From the IMG/VR virus record IMGVR_UViG_3300022671_000005, positions 78,117-142,116 of that record: 64,000 nt of DNA, one strand, 5' to 3'. Source of the stretch: a virus. Its lineage: Duplodnaviria; Caudoviricetes. The position numbers and the translations under genes are program-made. Position 1 is the stretch's first letter, and each line of letters opens with the position of its first letter. This document shows, in pieces, positions 46,225 through 57,284 of this stretch. The notes beneath the pieces are model-generated. The model did not search any database, was not told where the DNA came from, and was given only the letters and a program-made list of their open reading frames with translations.

Positions 46225-49200
46225 CTATATATCTAATATTCTACCAAAACCGTTACCATAGGTAATAGTTTCCGGTGTACTCAATGCAGGATTGTAGTCT
46301 AACGTATTTGTAGTTAGAGTTAACGTGCCTGTCTTAAGTACTTTACCATCATTTCTAGAATAGATCGCAGTTGCACAATTTGCTATAGATCCACCTACTG
46401 TTTCAACAATACCTTTGTCAACATCTATACCTCTAAACCCACCTCCTCCTGTAGCATCCATATCAGGAGTTAGTTTACAGTAAGTTGTCGACCCTTGGAC
46501 ATAAACACCAGTATTAAAAGCCACTATAGATCCACTGTGTACCATTTGAGAACCTTCGTACATGGATATACCAATATACATATTCTCAATATCAACATTT
46601 GAAGTGTATACATTAGCACCTCTATATAGGTAAATACCAGAGGAGGTTCCTCCATAGGTACCTCTATCGATTGTGAAACCGCTGATCTCTCTAACGTGAT
46701 TACCACCTCTAATTTCTAATACATTGGTAGTTGTGTTAGTGATAATTGTGGTAGCTTTACCAGCACCAATGATGCTAAGAAAATCACCATCAGGGTGGTA
46801 GATTAATTGTGGTGCTGTAAAGTTATACGTTCCTGAGTTAAGATTGATAGTGCAACCAACCTCTGGATCTATCCTATAACCTGCCAAGTGTGTTATGGCT
46901 TTTTGTATAGTTGCCCATGGGGAACCGGAACTACCATCACCAGTAGTATCACTACCTGTTGGTGAGATATAGTAATCTGCATTGGCAATTTCTGGAATAA
47001 GTGTTATATCCACATCACCTGCAAGTTCCTGGTCTATTTCAAGACATGTGTAAATTGAAGATCCCAAGAAAGTCTGAGACACAGAAGATTCACACGATAT
47101 CTTAACAACCTGACCTTGAGAAACTTCAAGGGTTTTTATTACCTCAATAGATGAATAGGCTGGCATACTGTACTTAACGCTAGAAGCAATAATGGTATCA
47201 TCTACTTCAACGTTTAAAAATACATTAGCTGTAACATTAGATCTAACTCTAGCAAACACCCTTATGGTCATGTTTTTAGGAGCAGTCCACTCTCCAGTAG
47301 AGTTGTTATATGAAGTGAGGTTGTCGTAATCGACCACGTCAAATATAATATCCGTAGGAGAAGTAGACACAGAATGATCTGTAGTGCGATGAGCGCTCAA
47401 CACAGCTGTATTCCTTGTGAAGTTACCTTGTGATTCCAAGTCACCAATACGAGTGATACGTAACAGCACTTGATCAGAACCCGTACCTTCACCATTTACA
47501 CTCCTGGAGTGCATTCTTATTACATCACCAATGTACAACTTAGCAACAGTACTACCAGATTCCATTGCTGTTGAACCGGTTTGTAAATGTATCAATCTAT
47601 CTACTGCAGGAACTGAAGTTATATCTACAGTTGGATCTGCATTTCTTGTGACACCAATGTGGTTAGCAGTGTCAATAGCATCAACCATATCAATCGCATA
47701 AAGACCATCTTTCTCGATTGTTAAAGTTGCACCATCAGTAGCAGAATCATTATAGGTTACATCTGAACCTATCTGTTGTAATAGAGTAGTAAATCTTCGT
47801 ATGGCAGTGTAAGTTGATCCATAACCATTAGATCCTAATACCGCTATAGAAGAATCAACACCATTTATCACTACACTTGCAGTTATATCCTTCCAATAAC
47901 CTAGATCAACACCCGGTTCTTTAGGGTCGTTAAAATCATTAGTTAACAAGCATAGCCAGATTTTACCACTATAAGAAACTAAAGATTCATCAGCAGTATA
48001 ATCTCCATTAGCACTACTCCATTCACCAAGTTTTCCTATAGGTGAAGTAGAAGAGGCCAATAGTGCTTCAATAGCTTCTTGCGTCAATAAGCTACTATTA
48101 TCACCAGGTGTATGAGAACTATTTATTTTTCTGGTTTTTCTATATCCTAAACTAGCAGGGTTTTCACCCTCTCCAGTTTTACCACCTCCGGAACCTCCAG
48201 TTGCATTCCATAAACTACCAGTTGATGTTCCGCCAGAAATTGATATTGTTCCACCGTATCCAGGATCAGTTGGAGTCTGAACAAATATTGTTCCACCAGC
48301 ACCAGCAGAAATTGAACCTCCAGAACCAACGGCAGAGAATGCTCCGGTAAAACCACTGTGGTCTTCGACAAAGCATCTGATAACACCACCACTAGGGTTG
48401 TGAATACCATTCCAATAGTTATCACCACTATTGGTATCTACTCGTACTGACCCAGTTGCAAAAGGTAGTATTTCATTGTAATCATCTACAGTGTGATCTA
48501 CACCATTATACTCAAACACGTCAGCCGAAGCCATTTCATTTACAGATGGTGATAATGATGATCCATTAGTTCCACCTTTGGTTAAATTACTTCCAGCGGC
48601 CCATGAAATGTTTATATTGTTACCACTACGAATAAGTATTTCGGACCTAAGTGGTTCATGAACTAATGGAACTTCTGGACTAGTATCTACACCATAAGCA
48701 CCTAAACCACTCTCAGCGAATATCAACCAATCACCATGCCATGTTGGAGTTCTTCTCCAACCACCTCTAAATCCTCTAGAATTGGCTTTGATGTTATTTG
48801 AACCAACCAGAGATTTGGCTCTAAAAGCTAATATTCCACCAGACCTACCATCCCAACCTTTACAATCTAAATCCGCTGTAAGTGTCAATATATTGTAATT
48901 TGGAACAGTAACTACTTGCGTAACAGTATTATCTTCTTTACCATCTACTGGTATACCACTATCAGACAAATATGAGTTTCGCAATCCGGCTTCAAGAGTA
49001 ATATTGTTTCCATCGATGGAAGCGATTCTGACAAACTCGTACTTAAACAAGCTTTCTCTATCTCGACTACACTGAGTCTGATGAAGCATTATCTCTCTTC
49101 CAACAACCATTTCTGACGTTACAGTATCTACAGTTATTACAGATGAACCTAGACCTGCATCCAATACAAGGTGAGTGTATTCATTTATTATACCTGAGAC

Positions 49201-49419
49201 ACTTTGATCACCATCAAATTCATCACCAAATTCTTCTGGTATAACTGCATATGATTCAAGTATCTTAGCATCATCCGTAGAGTTAACAACTGGTAAAGTA
49301 CCAGTATCTAACTTATCTTTAACAGTTGTAGTTTCTACATACAGCAAATCATTTGCAGATAGCGAATTATCTTTTTGTATATCTAATTCAATCGATTTGT
49401 CTTTTATCTTTCTAGCCAT
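46225..49419 (-). CDS. Mosaic tail fibre/spike: Gly-rich domain, C1q-like domains, C-terminal beta-helix
   Basis: WDGRSGGILAF and GGSGGG Gly-rich region; FDVVDYDN...YNNSTGEWTAP; YYISPTGSDTTGDGSSGSPWATIQKAI followed by beta-helix repeats. Confidence 0.7.
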   Translation of the reverse strand: MARKIKDKSIELDIQKDNSLSANDLLYVETTTVKDKLDTGTLPVVNSTDDAKILESYAVIPEEFGDEFDGDQSVSGIINEYTHLVLDAGLGSSVITVDTVTSEMVVGREIMLHQTQCSRDRESLFKYEFVRIASIDGNNITLEAGLRNSYLSDSGIPVDGKEDNTVTQVVTVPNYNILTLTADLDCKGWDGRSGGILAFRAKSLVGSNNIKANSRGFRGGWRRTPTWHGDWLIFAESGLGAYGVDTSPEVPLVHEPLRSEILIRSGNNINISWAAGSNLTKGGTNGSSLSPSVNEMASADVFEYNGVDHTVDDYNEILPFATGSVRVDTNSGDNYWNGIHNPSGGVIRCFVEDHSGFTGAFSAVGSGGSISAGAGGTIFVQTPTDPGYGGTISISGGTSTGSLWNATGGSGGGKTGEGENPASLGYRKTRKINSSHTPGDNSSLLTQEAIEALLASSTSPIGKLGEWSSANGDYTADESLVSYSGKIWLCLLTNDFNDPKEPGVDLGYWKDITASVVINGVDSSIAVLGSNGYGSTYTAIRRFTTLLQQIGSDVTYNDSATDGATLTIEKDGLYAIDMVDAIDTANHIGVTRNADPTVDITSVPAVDRLIHLQTGSTAMESGSTVAKLYIGDVIRMHSRSVNGEGTGSDQVLLRITRIGDLESQGNFTRNTAVLSAHRTTDHSVSTSPTDIIFDVVDYDNLTSYNNSTGEWTAPKNMTIRVFARVRSNVTANVFLNVEVDDTIIASSVKYSMPAYSSIEVIKTLEVSQGQVVKISCESSVSQTFLGSSIYTCLEIDQELAGDVDITLIPEIANADYYISPTGSDTTGDGSSGSPWATIQKAITHLAGYRIDPEVGCTINLNSGTYNFTAPQLIYHPDGDFLSIIGAGKATTIITNTTTNVLEIRGGNHVREISGFTIDRGTYGGTSSGIYLYRGANVYTSNVDIENMYIGISMYEGSQMVHSGSIVAFNTGVYVQGSTTYCKLTPDMDATGGGGFRGIDVDKGIVETVGGSIANCATAIYSRNDGKVLKTGTLTLTTNTLDYNPALSTPETITYGNGFGRILDI

Positions 49420-50312
49420 TATGCACCTCTAACATATGAAACTAATAATATATCACCCTGAACAATACTGCTATTTTCAAGATCAGTACCATCAGCATTA
49501 TTGTTTATATGTATCTCATTAGTATTAAACAATCTGAAGTCTATTCCATGTGGAGCAGAATTAGCATATTCACCTCCAAGTAAGGCAACACCATTAAGCT
49601 CCTCAACTCTTATACTTTCTCCACCATCTATAGGCGTTGCAGCTAGAGTGAAATATCCATTTGTAACATTTGATGCTGTTATCTCATGAACCTCATAGGT
49701 CATATAACCGGCAACTCTAGCACGTTCATTAGTAGTGATTATTTCTCCACTACCAGTAGAAGTTATATTTCCGAGTTTAGTTTGTTCAGCATCTGTAAAT
49801 GCATTAGTGTTAGCATTTGATTCATATTTGGTTTTAATAGATGCTGCAGTTTCACCACCTACAGAAACCTTACGCCAAAAACCAGTTCCACCGGTTTGAT
49901 CATCCGGAGCTATATCGCCAGTACCTGCAGTTTCATCGTAGAAATAATCAGATAATTCATCTTCTACATATCTACGTTCTTTATCATTACAATCTGCCTC
50001 GGGAATGGCTGACAGCTCTACAGTAGTCTGTAATGGGGTTCCATAATGAGCAACATCCATAGCTGCAACTTTATTCCTTTCAGATAGTGTAATGATCTGA
50101 CCTGAACCAGCATCACCAATACTGTCTAGAACAGATTTGTTTGAATGATTGTGTAATTGAGTGTGGTTGTATGCTGACTCATGGTTATCCATAATACCTT
50201 GTGCACCAACATCATCCGTTTCAGTGAAGACCTCTTCTCCAGCAAACTCTAATCCTTTTGCTAGAGTATCTCTAAGTATTCTTCCTGATTTTAATAAAAT
50301 ATCTTTAGGCAT
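49419..50312 (-). CDS. Tail-fibre-associated protein
   Basis: HNHSNKSVLD, IKTKYESNANTNAFTDAEQTKL and duplicated GSG(Q/E)IIT..ER; in the fibre operon. Confidence 0.6.
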   Translation of the reverse strand: MPKDILLKSGRILRDTLAKGLEFAGEEVFTETDDVGAQGIMDNHESAYNHTQLHNHSNKSVLDSIGDAGSGQIITLSERNKVAAMDVAHYGTPLQTTVELSAIPEADCNDKERRYVEDELSDYFYDETAGTGDIAPDDQTGGTGFWRKVSVGGETAASIKTKYESNANTNAFTDAEQTKLGNITSTGSGEIITTNERARVAGYMTYEVHEITASNVTNGYFTLAATPIDGGESIRVEELNGVALLGGEYANSAPHGIDFRLFNTNEIHINNNADGTDLENSSIVQGDILLVSYVRGA

Positions 50313-50330
50313 GAACTATGACTCCTTTGG

Positions 50331-51098
50331 TTATACTTCATCTAGATATCCAAACAGATAGACTCTAGCTGTCATATTACCGGAAGCAGATCCTCCACCA
50401 GTTACTGCAAAGTTGAGAACTGAACCTGCTGGTAATACATCAGAAGATGAAATATCTACAGTATGCCTTTCGTACAGTTCATCAATTGGTAATGTTTGTG
50501 ACGATATGATTGTATCACCGGCAACAACAGATAATGAAAAAGATGCTTCAGACCCTACACCATCAGCCTCTACTAGAACTACTTGTAACTCTTCAGGGGA
50601 GAAAAGAAAACCAGATGGTACCGTGTAAAGAGTATGTCCGTTTACTACTTTAAGATCAATTTCACCTATAGGAGGCTCAATTCTAAGTCTACCAGTATTA
50701 TTTTCACCAGGAGGAACAGGTGCAGGAGCTACACCAACAGGTCCCTCACTTGTCCAGATTGTGACAGCCCAAGTGCCTGTAATAAAAACACCAGGGTTTA
50801 ATGGATCTTCAAGAGACCTAAAGTCAAATTGAATAAAAGTACCTGCATCATCCATACTTGCAGGTACCAATATACTTTCATCATTTTCATCTACCATGGA
50901 CCAGAAAATAACAGGTTGTCCAGATTCATAACTGTAAAGAAACCATCCAGATATGAGATCTGCATTGGTGAATGTTACTACTGTAGCACCCGCTGGCATT
51001 TTACTATCAATAGCTTCAGCTGTAAGTAATTGATCTATCCCAATAGCTGTTGGATCATTTGATACTTCTGTAATATATTCTACAGCATTACTAGGCAT
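50331..51098 (-). CDS. Acidic beta-rich virion protein, first gene of the fibre operon
   Basis: SD gaggt; late-type motif upstream. Confidence 0.55.
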   Translation of the reverse strand: MPSNAVEYITEVSNDPTAIGIDQLLTAEAIDSKMPAGATVVTFTNADLISGWFLYSYESGQPVIFWSMVDENDESILVPASMDDAGTFIQFDFRSLEDPLNPGVFITGTWAVTIWTSEGPVGVAPAPVPPGENNTGRLRIEPPIGEIDLKVVNGHTLYTVPSGFLFSPEELQVVLVEADGVGSEASFSLSVVAGDTIISSQTLPIDELYERHTVDISSSDVLPAGSVLNFAVTGGGSASGNMTARVYLFGYLDEV

Positions 51099-51242
51099 AT
51101 GTACACCTCATTTTTTAACGTTAAAAATATATGATTATCTAAGCATACAATGGCATAGTCTAACTGTACCCAATCTATGAATTTTAACACATCACATCTA
51201 TGGTATATAACGTACTAACTGACAAATTGATAAGGAGTATTT

Positions 51243-52673
51243 ATGTCTGTTTTAAGTTCACTTAAACATGATAGTGCACCACGAATGATGTATAATACTG
51301 GAACATTATACGACCTAATGACAGGTCACTTTCTTAAGGGCAAAAACGGCAAGTGGTATCTCAATGGTGGGTTACCTCCAGCCATTACTGGTATACATGG
51401 ATCAGGCAATACATTCAAAAGTACTCTTATGGACTCGTTCATTATGGGTGCTTTAAGAATTTATTCTGATGCTGACTATTTTGCATATGATACTGAGGGT
51501 AGTAAGTCAAAACAACGAGTCATTAAATTCATGGATGAACCATTACATCGATTGCATTCAGATGATGATATTGAACTTAGAGTAACTCTTAAGAATGATG
51601 ATGATCAAATTGACGTTGTTAATGTTCTATTCTCTGAATTAAATAAGATAAGAGATTTGAAGAAAGACAACATCAAAGAAATAACTGTAACATTACCATT
51701 CATTGATGTGGCTACAGGTTCATACATGAAAGTAGCTTTACCAACATTTTCATACATTGACAGTCTTACTGAAGTTAAATCTTCAGAAGAAGGGGATATG
51801 GTTGAGAAGGATGGTATAGAGTCATCCAAAAATAAAACTGTCTGGATGGTTGATGGTAACAAAAAGACATCTCTTGTACGTCACATAAGAACATTGGCGT
51901 CAAGATATGGAATTTGTTTTGCATGTTCTGCTCATAAAGGTAAAAATCAAGATATGGGTAGTCACCTTCCTCCTAAGAAACAGTTACAATTCATGAAACA
52001 ATCTGATCGCATTAAAGGTGTTGGGTCTAGATTTGAATTCTTAACTCACTCCCTAGTGGAAGTAGCCAGTGCAAGGACATCATTAGATTCTAAGAAAGAA
52101 CCTTTGTATCCAGATGGTCAAACATCACCTACTGATATCAATGAACTCCTTGTGGTGATCCAGCGAGGTAAAGGAAATAGCTCTGGCACTATGGTTGGAT
52201 TCATTGTGTCTCAAGAGTATGGATTACTAAATACAGTTACTAACTACCATTTTCTAAAAGAGAATAAAGTTGGTAATGGTATTCCTGGATTAATTGGTTC
52301 AGTAAGCACACCAAAACATTCGTGTGTATGGTATCCTGACGTAAAGTTTTCTAGAAAATCTATCAGGAAGCAAGAAGAGTCTGATTACAAATTGGCCAGG
52401 GCTTTAGAACTGTCTGCCCAATATAGATACATCCAATGCAATTGGAACCTTTCCGGTCTACCATTCGATTTTTCACAATCGTTTGAACAAGTATATGAAA
52501 AGCTTCTTCAGAATGATGTCAATATAGATGAGATTCTAGAAACAACTGGATATTGGAACTATAACCAGATGAATAGAGAATATATGTCTATCTTTGACTT
52601 AATGCAAATGACACTTCCAAAGGAAGAAGAAACTGAAGAACAAAAATCGAGAAAAAAGGTTAACACTAAATAA
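51243..52673 (+). CDS. uvsX: UvsX/RecA-like recombinase (phiKZ gp152-like)
   Basis: NTGTLYDL, GSGNTFKST (Walker A), YDTE, IDSLT (Walker B) and RGK. Confidence 0.8.
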   Translation: MSVLSSLKHDSAPRMMYNTGTLYDLMTGHFLKGKNGKWYLNGGLPPAITGIHGSGNTFKSTLMDSFIMGALRIYSDADYFAYDTEGSKSKQRVIKFMDEPLHRLHSDDDIELRVTLKNDDDQIDVVNVLFSELNKIRDLKKDNIKEITVTLPFIDVATGSYMKVALPTFSYIDSLTEVKSSEEGDMVEKDGIESSKNKTVWMVDGNKKTSLVRHIRTLASRYGICFACSAHKGKNQDMGSHLPPKKQLQFMKQSDRIKGVGSRFEFLTHSLVEVASARTSLDSKKEPLYPDGQTSPTDINELLVVIQRGKGNSSGTMVGFIVSQEYGLLNTVTNYHFLKENKVGNGIPGLIGSVSTPKHSCVWYPDVKFSRKSIRKQEESDYKLARALELSAQYRYIQCNWNLSGLPFDFSQSFEQVYEKLLQNDVNIDEILETTGYWNYNQMNREYMSIFDLMQMTLPKEEETEEQKSRKKVNTK

Positions 52674-53209
52674 TGTTAGTATTGCTCATTGGCCCCTCTG
52701 GTTGTGGAAAAAGTTCAGTAGCTTCAAAGTTGGAATATCCAAGATTGATATCTACAACAACCAGACCGCCACGAAAAGGTGAGATTGATGGTGTAGACTA
52801 CATATTTGTATCTAGAGATGAATTTAACAAATTGAACTTTGTTGAAAGTGTTGAATATGATAAAGAACTATATGGTTATCAATCTAAACATATAGCACAA
52901 TGTTATGATCCAGATAAGGTCTTTGTCGGCGTTGTTAATGCAGAAGGAGTTAGATCTCTTAGACATATACTTGGTGAAAAAAATGTATTTGCAATCTCCA
53001 TAGAAGCCAAAGCTTGTAAGCTAGCCAAATGGATGAAGAAGCGTGGCGATACAGATTCTATGATTATAAATCGTTTAATCAATTTACATGATACTAAAGA
53101 GCTTGTAAAAAATTCTATTATAGCCGACATTGTAATAGAAGAATCTGATCTTGCGAGATTGACAAGAAAGATAGATGAACTAATTAAAGAAAGAATACAA
53201 GAAGGTTAA
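52673..53209 (+). CDS. gmk: Guanylate kinase
   Basis: GPSGCGKSS and STTTRPPRKGEIDGVDYIFVS, followed by YG. Confidence 0.9.
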   Translation: MLVLLIGPSGCGKSSVASKLEYPRLISTTTRPPRKGEIDGVDYIFVSRDEFNKLNFVESVEYDKELYGYQSKHIAQCYDPDKVFVGVVNAEGVRSLRHILGEKNVFAISIEAKACKLAKWMKKRGDTDSMIINRLINLHDTKELVKNSIIADIVIEESDLARLTRKIDELIKERIQEG

Positions 53210-53210
53210 T

Positions 53211-53795
53211 TTGATGGATTTGTCTAACCTGAATCCAGCATTGGAAGATAAAGATTCTGATGTTGAAGTTGAAGAAAAGATTGAACTTCCATTAACTGAT
53301 GAACCACAACCAGTAGAAGGTACAGACCTAACTGCTAGGGTGGTAACAGATAAGGATGAAATTGAGAAGATACAAGCCGAGAAAGCTGTTAACAACATTA
53401 TGATAGATGCAGTTACTAGAACAGTTGCACAACTGCGTTTAGAGGCTTGTGAAAATGATGTCACATTTGATGCTGTTTATAATAATAGATTACAGAGCAT
53501 TATGGACAATGATAAGCTTGATGAGAATGGTTTCAAATTAGCAAAGCAAGTTCTTGATAGCGCAATAGATGTGGCAAAAGAATTAGGTGCCCCTGATAAA
53601 GAGGATACTCAAACTATTTTTCTTTTAGCTAAAGTTGCAACAGGTGAATTTAATCCTAGAGAAGAGATGGAAGCTGTTAAACTAAGTAAGATGGCATCTA
53701 AATCCCCTAGAAAAATATCTAAAAAAGAATTAGATAAGAAACGTAAGAAAAATAAAGCTGCTAGGAAAGCTAGACGCAAAGGTCGTAAAAAATGA
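53211..53795 (+). CDS. Protein with acidic N-terminus and Lys/Arg-rich C-tail
   Basis: ALED acidic leader; tail KKRKKNKAARKARRKGRKK. Confidence 0.6.
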   Translation: MMDLSNLNPALEDKDSDVEVEEKIELPLTDEPQPVEGTDLTARVVTDKDEIEKIQAEKAVNNIMIDAVTRTVAQLRLEACENDVTFDAVYNNRLQSIMDNDKLDENGFKLAKQVLDSAIDVAKELGAPDKEDTQTIFLLAKVATGEFNPREEMEAVKLSKMASKSPRKISKKELDKKRKKNKAARKARRKGRKK

Positions 53796-54013
53796 AAGGC
53801 ATTTGTTTAATATCCATATTTTGGATATACGCATTAACTGGACACCTATTTGCTAAATGGGCCAAGGTAGAAAGTTTTTCAGAAGCATTCCAAAAAGGAA
53901 GGTTATATTTGATAAACTGGTACTTTGGTTATATGTCTGTTATTATTTTTTGGCCTATACTGGTATCTGTAGGAATTATTCATGGTATAATAAATACATA
54001 TAGAGATTTATAG
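53792..54013 (+). CDS. Small two-TM membrane protein
   Basis: Two hydrophobic segments with FWP; ATGA coupling to the previous gene. Confidence 0.55.
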   Translation: MKGICLISIFWIYALTGHLFAKWAKVESFSEAFQKGRLYLINWYFGYMSVIIFWPILVSVGIIHGIINTYRDL

Positions 54014-54025
54014 TTGGTACGATGT

Positions 54026-54056
54026 GGTAAGAGTAGTGCTATGCACTACTCTTACC
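54026..54056. terminator. Long hairpin, 14-bp arms
   Basis: ggtaagagtagtgc-tat-gcactactcttacc. Confidence 0.6.
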
Positions 54057-54114
54057 CTTTTGATGCCATTCTATAGCTTACAAATCTTAATTATTTTTCA
54101 ATAAGGAAACAGAT

Positions 54115-55608
54115 ATGTTAAGACTTACTTCCCCTGTAAGAGATGTTGTTTCTCATATATTTGTTCCAATAACTCACCAACTGATTGATAAATTTCTTTC
54201 TGATCTAGGATTGAAGAAGATCTTTGATAATAGAGTTTACATCAATAGTGATTCTACTGGAAGTTCAACATCAGAAAATGACGACCATAATCCTAAACTT
54301 AAAGAAAATAGGATATCGGTTAATTTGAGTTATAACATAAACCCAATGACAGTAAAGTGGCCTACCGCCACATTTGCTAATATTTTGGGAGGACCAAATT
54401 TTTTATATGAAGAGCATGATAAAATACCATTATTCTTAGATCTAATAACTCAATCAGCAGTAGTTGAGAAGGATGTCCCTGCAAATGTAGAACTCACAAT
54501 TTCGATGGATTTTACAGATAGAGTACATGCCACAGAAGCAGTTAGTAGATTGACTACATTATACACCAATGGTGAAAAGATATTAATAAGTGACTTGGCT
54601 TACAACTATCCCGTACCTGCTGATATCTATACAACTATCTACGGGTTGTACAAAATGGTAAACAACGATACTGTACTATTGACAGCAGAGAATGTTGAAG
54701 CTTATTATGGAACGACTCTTGTTGGTCCTGATGAAGTATTAACTGCTGATAATGCTTCCACATATATAGGAACTGAACAAGAGATTAAGAAAGCAGATTT
54801 TCTTGATTATCTAGTTCAATACTCTGGCGGAAGGATTGGGTATAATGTCAATCGTCATGACGTTGGTGGTAAGAAAGAGATCGTTGTTAAGAAAAATAAT
54901 GCTCAGGTTATAGCACAGATAGATTACGATGGTGGTAAGTCTGATGCTATAGGTACCAACGATTCTGCTGATATCTATAGAGTTGAGTTTGCACTGACTG
55001 CACAATTTGCTAAAGTAGGTTTTCTACAAATGGCATACCCAATTATCATACAAAATCAATTAGTTGAAGAAGGGTTAATAACTGTAAATCCAGATAGGTC
55101 ATTTAGAGATCCTAGAGAAGATCATCCATATTTCAGTACTAATCTCTATAAGAAGTTGATGGAGAATAGTGGAGTAGTTACACCAGAAGTTGTAAAGATA
55201 CCTTGGTATGATGGTTGGACTCCACCACATAAACCACTCAGAAGGTTTGATTATAGAGAATTTTTCACATGTGCATTTACATTAGACAATGTTGGTGTTG
55301 AAAATGGTACAACCACCATAGACATAACTAATGATCTCCCATATCCTCTAATACAGGATATGTTAGATTTATATGCAGAGTATGGTGAGAATTGTTTATT
55401 TTACGATAGTCCAGTTCATATTGGAGTTTATGTAAATGATAGACAAGTTGATCCATCAGAGTTAGACTTTGATGGTGCAATACTCACTGTCCATAGGCAG
55501 GATATACTACCTGTCTATAGGTTAGTTTTAGCAGAATATATAGGAGGTCCGTATGCCGCTATTAGCACCCTCAGGGTCCTTAAGTACGACATCATTGCCC
55601 AAAGATAA
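54115..55608 (+). CDS. Virion structural protein, possibly tail completion/neck (phiKZ gp98-like)
   Basis: 497 aa; first of a four-gene block whose sizes and order recall phiKZ gp98-gp101. Confidence 0.45.
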   Translation: MLRLTSPVRDVVSHIFVPITHQLIDKFLSDLGLKKIFDNRVYINSDSTGSSTSENDDHNPKLKENRISVNLSYNINPMTVKWPTATFANILGGPNFLYEEHDKIPLFLDLITQSAVVEKDVPANVELTISMDFTDRVHATEAVSRLTTLYTNGEKILISDLAYNYPVPADIYTTIYGLYKMVNNDTVLLTAENVEAYYGTTLVGPDEVLTADNASTYIGTEQEIKKADFLDYLVQYSGGRIGYNVNRHDVGGKKEIVVKKNNAQVIAQIDYDGGKSDAIGTNDSADIYRVEFALTAQFAKVGFLQMAYPIIIQNQLVEEGLITVNPDRSFRDPREDHPYFSTNLYKKLMENSGVVTPEVVKIPWYDGWTPPHKPLRRFDYREFFTCAFTLDNVGVENGTTTIDITNDLPYPLIQDMLDLYAEYGENCLFYDSPVHIGVYVNDRQVDPSELDFDGAILTVHRQDILPVYRLVLAEYIGGPYAAISTLRVLKYDIIAQR

Positions 55609-57124
55609 TGACAAGATGGTTGGTATAACTTCTGAAGTTCCAACCAATGAAGATAACTTAGATAGGTTAAATTACCCTAGTGACATATATACAAATGTCA
55701 CAGCTCTGAATACAGATAGAGAAGGAGATATCATAGGTAAACTGATAGGTTTATCTGAGGGAACTCCTATAGTAGTAACATGGTTCCACAAGATGGATAG
55801 TCTTGCAGACCAACAGACTACTTACTCTGATCTCTCATTCGTATCCAATACTGTTAATCAATCATACTTAAGGATTAACAATTTTGAAATAAGATTGACA
55901 TCTCCATTGGAGTACTCATACGAACAACAACAAACACAGTCGTCATTAATTGGTGAAGCTTCTGTATATCCAGGATTCCAGCCACTCATGGGTGATCTAT
56001 TCATCTACCCGTTACAAGCTGGACAACTCGGTATATTCAAAATCAATGCTGCACCTAGAAGGCTGACAATCAAGAAACTTTCTGCACATCTTATCTCATT
56101 TGAATTGATAAAGATACTCAACAATACTGAGTTGAATGAGCTTCTTGAAAGAGTTAGAGATGTTGCATGGTTTGATAAGCAAAGATTCTTAAATGAAACT
56201 GCAGCTTTGTTAACAAGTGATGATGTTAAAGATCTAGAGTATATGAATGAGAAGTATTCAGAACTACTCCATTATTTTCACACTCAGTTCTATGACAAAT
56301 ACTCTTTTAAGAGTTATGTTTCTCCAGATGGTTATTACGATCCATATTTGGTAGAATTTATGAAATCACTTGTACCATCAGAAGAAATTGGTGGGGAATT
56401 TATTCAGCAACTTCTACCAGATGCCTCGCTGATGGATAGATCATTTTGGATGAAGCTAAGAGACCCAAAAACTATCAACTGGAGCAATTATGTTTCTGAT
56501 ATGTATCTGGATTATTATTCAAGTGATGCAGTTAGTTATTTAATCAACTCTTTATTGAACCGACAATATTTGGTATTGACAACGGTTACTGATACACCAA
56601 CTTATGTCTACAATAAATATATTTCTGAAAATATAGGAACCATAGACACAGGTAACTTCACAACACTAGATTCCTTGATAGCCTTCTATATGGAATATCA
56701 AGTGATTGATGTTGACTTATTGAAAGAGTTGATTGATGATATTTATGATGTAGGTAAAATAGATCAATTCTATCAAATACCTATAATAATCTATATGATC
56801 AAATTGTTGGAGAGATCTATTAAGTCTGGTAAACCAATTAGGTTAGCAGTACCAGATCAATTACCATACTTGCATATACCCTTTGAGGAACCAAGTGATA
56901 ATATTGATTCTGATATTCTTACTATTATTTCGCCAGACTCTAAAGTCGTTGGTATATTGGATAACAATGGTGATCCGATATATCCTGAAGAAATAGACAT
57001 AACGTACACTGCTGATGGATTTACTATAGACTTAGCACCTTTAAAAGCTGAACAAGGTATAGTTGGAAATCTTCCAGGAACGTGGAATGTTGTAGTATCA
57101 AATACTTCACTCTTAGTAATTTGA
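55553..57124 (+). CDS. Virion structural protein, possibly head closure (phiKZ gp99-like)
   Basis: GEASVYPGFQPLMGDLFIY...GIFKI beta-barrel pattern; SD ggagg. Confidence 0.5.
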   Translation: MPLLAPSGSLSTTSLPKDNDKMVGITSEVPTNEDNLDRLNYPSDIYTNVTALNTDREGDIIGKLIGLSEGTPIVVTWFHKMDSLADQQTTYSDLSFVSNTVNQSYLRINNFEIRLTSPLEYSYEQQQTQSSLIGEASVYPGFQPLMGDLFIYPLQAGQLGIFKINAAPRRLTIKKLSAHLISFELIKILNNTELNELLERVRDVAWFDKQRFLNETAALLTSDDVKDLEYMNEKYSELLHYFHTQFYDKYSFKSYVSPDGYYDPYLVEFMKSLVPSEEIGGEFIQQLLPDASLMDRSFWMKLRDPKTINWSNYVSDMYLDYYSSDAVSYLINSLLNRQYLVLTTVTDTPTYVYNKYISENIGTIDTGNFTTLDSLIAFYMEYQVIDVDLLKELIDDIYDVGKIDQFYQIPIIIYMIKLLERSIKSGKPIRLAVPDQLPYLHIPFEEPSDNIDSDILTIISPDSKVVGILDNNGDPIYPEEIDITYTADGFTIDLAPLKAEQGIVGNLPGTWNVVVSNTSLLVI

Positions 57125-57129
57125 AATTG

Positions 57130-57163
57130 GTACACTATGTGCTCTAATGAGCACATAGTGTAC
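57130..57163. terminator. Long hairpin, 15-bp arms
   Basis: gtacactatgtgctc-taat-gagcacatagtgtac. Confidence 0.65.
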
Positions 57164-57284
57164 TTTTATATTTTGACACAAATAACCTATTAAAATGGCA
57201 GCTATAGCTAGATTTTTTTAATGCTATCGTCTATCTTATAGAACTACAGATAAGTGTATCACAGATGCTAAAAAGGAGGTATCT

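Noticed and set aside
1052-52673. Inteins in terminase, helicase, polymerase or UvsX
   Set aside because: Protein sizes are normal and no C...HN-(C/S/T) splice motifs or LAGLIDADG blocks were seen.
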